Source: Candidatus Woesearchaeota archaeon (GTDB taxonomy: Archaea; Nanobdellota; Nanobdellia; SCGC-AAA011-G17; PNOQ01). Taken from it: DNA of 64,000 nucleotides. The notes beneath the pieces are model-generated. The model was not told the origin of the DNA and searched no databases. It was given only the letters and a program-made list of their open reading frames with translations. Every line of letters starts with the position of its first letter. Positions within the stretch are counted from its first letter, which is position 1. The stretch spans positions 587-64,586 of the forward strand of contig JABIBT010000027.1 in assembly GCA_018652625.1 (NCBI GenBank), written 5' to 3'. The position numbers and the translations under genes are program-made. Of this stretch, positions 58,939-64,000 are shown piece by piece.

Positions 58939-61044
58939 ATGTTAAAAGAGGTACTAATTATAATAGCAACATTAGTTCTTATTTCTAGTTGTAGCCAGCA
59001 AGGCCTAGAAGATACAACTGGAAAAATAGGGTTAGATAATAAAGAAATAAGGTCACTAGAAAGAAATAAGGAATATCCAGAATTTGAAAAAGGAGTTATC
59101 AACGTAAAATTCAAACAGGGATATGATGTAATTTCTAAAGAATCAGCAATAAGCCTAACAAGAGAAATTAAAAAATCAAATTTTGCAGATATGACTTCAG
59201 TAGAAAAAGTTTTCAGAGCAAAACCAACAACAAAAAATTATAATACAAAGAGCCAAATGGGATTACAAAATTGGGTAAGAATAAAATTCTCAGAAAATAT
59301 TGATGTCTGGACAGAAGCAAAGAAATGGTCAGAGTTAAATGAAGTTGAAATTGCAGAACCAATACCAAAAAGAATCCCATTAGAATATCCAAATGATCCC
59401 CAATTTACATACCAATGGCACCATGAAAACACTGGAGACAACATCCCTAGTTTGCCTTCAACTCCAGGAGTAGATTTAGACACCCCTGAAGCATGGGATT
59501 TAGAAAAAGGAAATGTTATCATAACAAATTACGAAAGGGTAGATTGGCGACACGAGGATTTAATAGATAATATCTGGCAAAACCTGGATGAAGACTATGA
59601 TGGAGATGGACACGTTCTAGAGTATATTGAAGGAGAATGGAGGTTTGACCCTGGAGATGAAAATGGAGTTGATGATGACAATAATGGATACATAGATGAT
59701 TTTATTGGTTGGGATATCTCACGAGACATCAATGATCCATCAAGTGATTACACTCACGGAACAAAAACAGTAGGAGCAATGCTAGCAACACCAAATAATA
59801 ATAAAGGGGTTGCAGGAGTTTGTTGGAACTGTAAACTAATGGTAATTTCTGGAACAGGAATGTATTTTCAAGAACAAATTGAATATTCTGTAGATAATGG
59901 AGTAAAGATTATAACAATGAGTTTTATGAGCAGTCTTTCTGAGGCCGAGAGAGATGCCTTTGAATATGCTTATCAACAAGGGATAGTTATGTTTGCGGGA
60001 GCGGGGAATAATGGAGAAGAAGACGCAAATAACCTTTGTGAATTTGAACCATTAAATTGTGTTTCTGGGTCAGATATTTTTGGTAAGATAATTGACTTTA
60101 GTAATTATGGTAATGAAATGGATATTTCTGCCCCGGCAGACCACGTAAGAACAACAAGTAACGAGAATAACTATCTGTGGGCGTGGGGAACATCATTTTC
60201 CTCACCAATAGCAGCAGGGGTTGCAGGGTTAGTTATGTCACAAAATCCCTCTTTATCTCCTTATGAAGTAAAATCATTAATGCAAACATCAGTAGACAAA
60301 ATTATAGAACCAACAAAATATGCAGGAATGGGCGTAATAAACGCAGAAAGAGCAGTAGATTTGGCAAAAAACTCAGAACAATACGGACACTTCCCAATAG
60401 CAATAATTGAAGAGTCAGATACAATAATTGAGAATCAACAGTTAAACATATATGGGGTAGCAGACAGTACAGACTTCATATATTACAAAATAGGGTATGG
60501 GCCAGGACTTTACGAAGAACCACAGATATCCACGCCAGAAATATTGGTCCCAGTAGAAGAAGGATTATTGTACTCGCTAGATTTATCGAATTTAGAAGAA
60601 GACGAGTATCATATTTACCTAAAAGTAAAGGACATTAATGATCAAATTGCAATAGATGATTTTTTCTTAAAAAGAGATACTTCCCAAACATGCAAGGGAT
60701 GGATACCAACTGAAACATGTTCAATAAATCAGCCAAACTATTGTACAGGCAATCTTGAAATAACGAACAATTGCCAAGAGTGCGGGTGTCCAACAGGATT
60801 ATCATGTAATCTTAATGGATCTTGTAGTGAACAAAGTATATCTTCTTCACTTTCTGGAGGAAAAGAAACCAAATTGAATTTAATTTTTGATAAAACAGTA
60901 ATAGATAGAATTTTAGAATCAATAAAACCAATAGAAAAAACAGAAACAACTAAAGAAATAGTTCCAGGACTTATAACAATAACGGGTAAGCATTCACAAA
61001 GGATAAATCTATTTGAATTAATATCAAATTTATTCTCAAAGTAA
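58939..61044 (+). CDS. Subtilisin-like (S8) serine protease, lipobox-type signal, Ca-binding insert, Cys-rich C-terminal module
   Basis: Signal LVLISSC. Candidate catalytic triad regions are IDDFIGWDIS, HGTKTVGAM and GTSFSSPIAAGVAGL. The Asp-rich insert is DEDYDGDGH...DENGVDDDNNGYIDD. Confidence 0.85.
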   Translation: MLKEVLIIIATLVLISSCSQQGLEDTTGKIGLDNKEIRSLERNKEYPEFEKGVINVKFKQGYDVISKESAISLTREIKKSNFADMTSVEKVFRAKPTTKNYNTKSQMGLQNWVRIKFSENIDVWTEAKKWSELNEVEIAEPIPKRIPLEYPNDPQFTYQWHHENTGDNIPSLPSTPGVDLDTPEAWDLEKGNVIITNYERVDWRHEDLIDNIWQNLDEDYDGDGHVLEYIEGEWRFDPGDENGVDDDNNGYIDDFIGWDISRDINDPSSDYTHGTKTVGAMLATPNNNKGVAGVCWNCKLMVISGTGMYFQEQIEYSVDNGVKIITMSFMSSLSEAERDAFEYAYQQGIVMFAGAGNNGEEDANNLCEFEPLNCVSGSDIFGKIIDFSNYGNEMDISAPADHVRTTSNENNYLWAWGTSFSSPIAAGVAGLVMSQNPSLSPYEVKSLMQTSVDKIIEPTKYAGMGVINAERAVDLAKNSEQYGHFPIAIIEESDTIIENQQLNIYGVADSTDFIYYKIGYGPGLYEEPQISTPEILVPVEEGLLYSLDLSNLEEDEYHIYLKVKDINDQIAIDDFFLKRDTSQTCKGWIPTETCSINQPNYCTGNLEITNNCQECGCPTGLSCNLNGSCSEQSISSSLSGGKETKLNLIFDKTVIDRILESIKPIEKTETTKEIVPGLITITGKHSQRINLFELISNLFSK

Positions 61045-61075
61045 AATTTATAAACTCATTTTATCGTTTTTATCT

Positions 61076-62107
61076 ATGCTTACGAAAACTCAAATACTAG
61101 AATTTAGAAAATATCTCAAAAAAGCAAAAAATCCACTATTTTTCTTCGATGATGACCCTGATGGATTATGTTCTTACTTAATACTAAAAAAATACATAAA
61201 TAAAGGAAAAGGAGCAGTACTAAAAACAACATCAGTTTTGGATTTAGATATATTTCATAAAGTTGATGAATATAATCCGGATGTAATTTTCGTATTAGAT
61301 ATACCCATAGTTTCTCAAGAATTTATAGATAGGTGCGAAGTTCCAATTTTGTGGTTAGATCATCATTCACCAATAAAAAGGAAGGGCGTAAAATACTTCA
61401 ATCCAATGTTAAAATCTAAAAAAACAATTCCAACAACACACATGGCTTATGAAATAACAGAAGGAAAAGAATTATTCCTTGCAACAGTTGGAACAATTTC
61501 AGACTGGTATTTACCAAAATATGCAAAAGAGTTTTCAAAAAAATATCCAGATCTACTTCCTCTGAAAACAAAAACTCCTCCAGAAGCAATTTTTGATTCA
61601 AAACTAGGAGACATAATTAACATTTTTTCTCTATCACTAAAAAAACAAACATCAACAGTTCATAAAATAGCAAATTTACTATTAAAAATAGAAGACCCAT
61701 ATGAATTACTGGAAGGAAAAACTTCTAAATCTAAATTTATAATTAGAGAAATAAAACAATTATTGGTAGATTATAAAATAGTAATGGATTATGCTTCAAA
61801 ACAAAAACCTGGAAGAGATAAACTATATATTTTAGAATTGCCAAAAACAAATAACTCCTACATCAGCATACTTTCAAACTATGCTATTTACAAACATCCC
61901 AAAAAGATAATTATGGCGATAAGAAAAAAAGGAGACAGAGTAATGATGAGTATCAGAAGTCATAAAATAAACATTAGAGAGCCTTTAGAAAAAGCATTGG
62001 AAAATTTTGATGGTTTTGGTGGTGGACACGAGAATGCATGCGGGGCTTCTGTAAACATAGAACAATTTGAAGAGTTTGTAAAAAGTTTTAAGGAACATCT
62101 AAAATGA
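61076..62107 (+). CDS. DHH/DHHA1-family phosphoesterase (RecJ/GAN- or nanoRNase-like)
   Basis: Motifs FFFDDDPDGLCS, VLDIP, WLDHHSP and DGFGGGHENACGA. Confidence 0.75.
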   Translation: MLTKTQILEFRKYLKKAKNPLFFFDDDPDGLCSYLILKKYINKGKGAVLKTTSVLDLDIFHKVDEYNPDVIFVLDIPIVSQEFIDRCEVPILWLDHHSPIKRKGVKYFNPMLKSKKTIPTTHMAYEITEGKELFLATVGTISDWYLPKYAKEFSKKYPDLLPLKTKTPPEAIFDSKLGDIINIFSLSLKKQTSTVHKIANLLLKIEDPYELLEGKTSKSKFIIREIKQLLVDYKIVMDYASKQKPGRDKLYILELPKTNNSYISILSNYAIYKHPKKIIMAIRKKGDRVMMSIRSHKINIREPLEKALENFDGFGGGHENACGASVNIEQFEEFVKSFKEHLK

Positions 62108-64000
62108 AAAAAGTAATACTATTACTTTTAATATTAATTTCATTTAATGCAACGATCGCCCAAGGGGATTACAATACTTATTCTAATTTAGAGATTGATT
62201 TTTTGCTAAACTCTCAAGTGTCTTTAATTGGTTCAGGAACTCTAAATGAACTAACAGCAAAAGTATTTTTAGAACCTCAAAATGATGACATGCAAGAAGT
62301 TATATTCTCAGAAGAATCTTCGACTCCAGATTCAGAAATATTCTCTAATGGGGGACTAAGATTTGTATGGGACGTTCAAACTACAAACTACCAATTTAGT
62401 ACAAGCAGAAAAATAAAAACAACAAATGTGTTATTCAAAGTTCCAGAAATTGATTTCCCATATCCAGAACTATCATCAGAATATCAAGGATATATGCAGT
62501 CTGAAGAAACAATAGACATTACACCAGAAATTATTTCAAAAACATCAGAAATAATTCAATCTGAAGATAATGCGTATTTAACTGTTCATAAAATAGGAAA
62601 CTGGATCCATTCTAATATAGAATACGACTTAAACACTTTAACAGAAAAAGCATCACAAAAATCATCATGGGTTTTAGAAAACGAATATGGAGTTTGTGAT
62701 GAAATAACCTCATTATTCATATCAATGGTTAGATCAGTCGGGATACCTGCAAGATTTATTTCCGGAATGGCATATACCAATTCAAATGATGACTTCGGAA
62801 ATCATGGCTGGGCAGAAGTATATTATCCAGGTTATGGTTGGGTCCCTTATGATGTTACTTATGGTCAATTGGGGTGGATAGATCCAACCCATATTGCTTT
62901 ACAAAAATCTAAAGATGTAGAAAGTTCAATAATTTATGAATGGCAGGCATCCGGGGAACTAAGTTTAGATACTTCTGGAGAAATTTCAACTGTATCTTCC
63001 ATATCTAACCTTGGAAACATAATACCTCCAGTTTTTGAAACTTCGATAGTAACGTTAGAGAATAATGTTGCTCCAGGAAGTTATGTTCCTGTCCAGATAA
63101 AAATAAAAAACCCATATAATGCTTACCTATCGGATAATATAATAATAACAAAAGCACCAGGACAATTAGAAAGCAACCAAAAAATAATTCCCTTGAAACC
63201 TTTAGAAGAAAAGGAAATATTTTGGATATTTCATATCCCGGAGGACGTACAGCCAAACTATTTGTATACGACCTCGGTAGAATTTATGGATTTATATGGT
63301 TCAAAGAAATCAACAACAATCTCTTTTGCTGTGGGCAATGAATTTATATCTTTAGAAGAAGCAGAAGAAATGGTAGATGCATTATCTATAGAGGAGGAGG
63401 ACACATATTCGAACCAAATCTTTTTAAATTGTAATCCAAAAAAACCTTACTTTTATGAATTTGAAAAGGTGAAAATAGATTGCATGGTTAGAACCTTCAA
63501 TAACGAAATGAATGGATTGAGTTTATGTTTGGGAGAAACATGTGAAATTTTTGATATGTCCCCAAATTCAGAAAGAGAATTTACCTTCGAATTTGATAGT
63601 GATAAGAACACCGTAAGAGCAGTTTTAAAAAATTCAGAAATTGAAGTAAAAAGAAATATTATTATGGGAATAATTGAAAAACCGAAAATAGAAATTTCTA
63701 AAATAGAGATAACAGAAGTAAACTACGATGAAGAGATAGAAATCCCAATAACAATTTCAAGTCAAACTCCACTAAAGGAAGTAGTATTAACCCTAAATAG
63801 ATTTAATCCTGTTGAATTTCAAGAGTTAGTGGGTTCAAAATCATTCACCTTTTCTGTTAATTCAAAGTACTTAAACTCGGAAAAAATGGAGATGGAATTA
63901 GAATATCAAGATGAGTATGGGAACGTTTATACACAAAATCATTCTCAAAACCTAATAGTTAATAATCTACCATGGTATTGGAAATTCATAAATTTATTCA
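62104..64000 (+). CDS. Secreted transglutaminase-like cysteine protease-fold protein with downstream CARDB-like beta domains (3' partial, runs off the window)
   Basis: Not in the ORF track because there is no stop within the window. The ATG at 62104 overlaps the preceding stop (ATGA). Signal peptide MKKVILLLLILISFNATIAQG. The TGase core is YGVCDEITSLFISMVRSVGIPARFISG...GNHGWAEVYYPGYGWVPYDVT. Confidence 0.75.
   Translation, partial: MKKVILLLLILISFNATIAQGDYNTYSNLEIDFLLNSQVSLIGSGTLNELTAKVFLEPQNDDMQEVIFSEESSTPDSEIFSNGGLRFVWDVQTTNYQFSTSRKIKTTNVLFKVPEIDFPYPELSSEYQGYMQSEETIDITPEIISKTSEIIQSEDNAYLTVHKIGNWIHSNIEYDLNTLTEKASQKSSWVLENEYGVCDEITSLFISMVRSVGIPARFISGMAYTNSNDDFGNHGWAEVYYPGYGWVPYDVTYGQLGWIDPTHIALQKSKDVESSIIYEWQASGELSLDTSGEISTVSSISNLGNIIPPVFETSIVTLENNVAPGSYVPVQIKIKNPYNAYLSDNIIITKAPGQLESNQKIIPLKPLEEKEIFWIFHIPEDVQPNYLYTTSVEFMDLYGSKKSTTISFAVGNEFISLEEAEEMVDALSIEEEDTYSNQIFLNCNPKKPYFYEFEKVKIDCMVRTFNNEMNGLSLCLGETCEIFDMSPNSEREFTFEFDSDKNTVRAVLKNSEIEVKRNIIMGIIEKPKIEISKIEITEVNYDEEIEIPITISSQTPLKEVVLTLNRFNPVEFQELVGSKSFTFSVNSKYLNSEKMEMELEYQDEYGNVYTQNHSQNLIVNNLPWYWKFINLF

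Noticed and set aside
1-64000. A search by eye for CRISPR arrays, rRNA genes, transposases or integrases, IS-type terminal inverted repeats, tRNA introns and inteins.
   Set aside because: I saw no regularly spaced direct repeats and no rRNA-like GC-rich structured stretches. No DDE, tyrosine-recombinase or serine-recombinase motifs were recognised. All five tRNAs fold without introns. RtcB, Orc1/Cdc6, the aaRS genes and FtsZ have intein-free lengths. The eye search is not exhaustive for short or degenerate elements.

Overview
This window is a gene-dense, AT-rich segment of an archaeal chromosome (about 30% G+C by eye, not computed). Almost every ORF is coding and intergenic spacers are short.

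Archaeal identity is shown directly by the encoded proteins: ribosomal proteins eL43 (L37Ae), eL40, eL15, L11, L1, P0 and P1; RpoP; Spt5/NusG and SecE; aIF5A; TFE; Orc1/Cdc6; RtcB with archease; prefoldin beta; Dph2; Taw1; and FtsZ with SepF. Many enzymes are short or truncated (Dph2, AlaRS, a GDH-like dehydrogenase). LeuRS and AlaRS are bacterial-type. There is a small archaeosortase-like protein and many secreted or anchored proteins. Together these suggest a reduced, DPANN-like archaeon (Pacearchaeota/Woesearchaeota-like). That placement is inference only.

I found five tRNA genes, all on the minus strand, without encoded CCA and without introns: Met/Ile2-CAT, Ala-GGC, Pro-TGG, Cys-GCA and Arg-TCT. 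I recognised no rRNA, CRISPR array, transposase or integrase.

Layout:
- 0-2.8 kb: Kef-type antiporter, HIT, Nudix.
- 2.8-4.6 kb: RtcB and archease.
- 4.7-5.0 kb: lysine-repeat basic protein.
- 5.2-8.6 kb: thiol/oxidative-stress operon under an ArsR-type regulator with a palindromic operator.
- 8.7-19 kb: information-processing and cell-division genes.
- 19-24.5 kb: site-2 protease, pilin-signal glycosidase-like protein, TatD, Taw1.
- 24.5-28.2 kb: Orc1/Cdc6 with an unusual metallophosphoesterase-like module.
- 28-33 kb: PRPP synthetase and the L1-P0-P1 operon.
- 34-40.6 kb: archaeosortase-like gene with a surface-protein/MacB-type ABC cluster.
- 40.6-64 kb: aaRS genes interleaved with accessory cell-surface genes (vWA, dockerin-like, heavily sequon-loaded beta-helix paralogs, two beta-barrel-like secreted proteins, subtilase, transglutaminase-like).

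The most interesting candidates are:
- the archaeosortase-like gene plus the proteins carrying C-terminal anchors;
- the two OMP-like proteins that end in Phe;
- the 468-aa metallophosphoesterase-like gene with two tiny SD-coupled ORFs beside orc1/cdc6;
- the pilin-signal/beta-propeller fusion;
- a recurring GC-rich promoter-proximal motif, TT[G/C]CCCCAAAT.

All homology statements come from motif recognition by eye. No database search was run.
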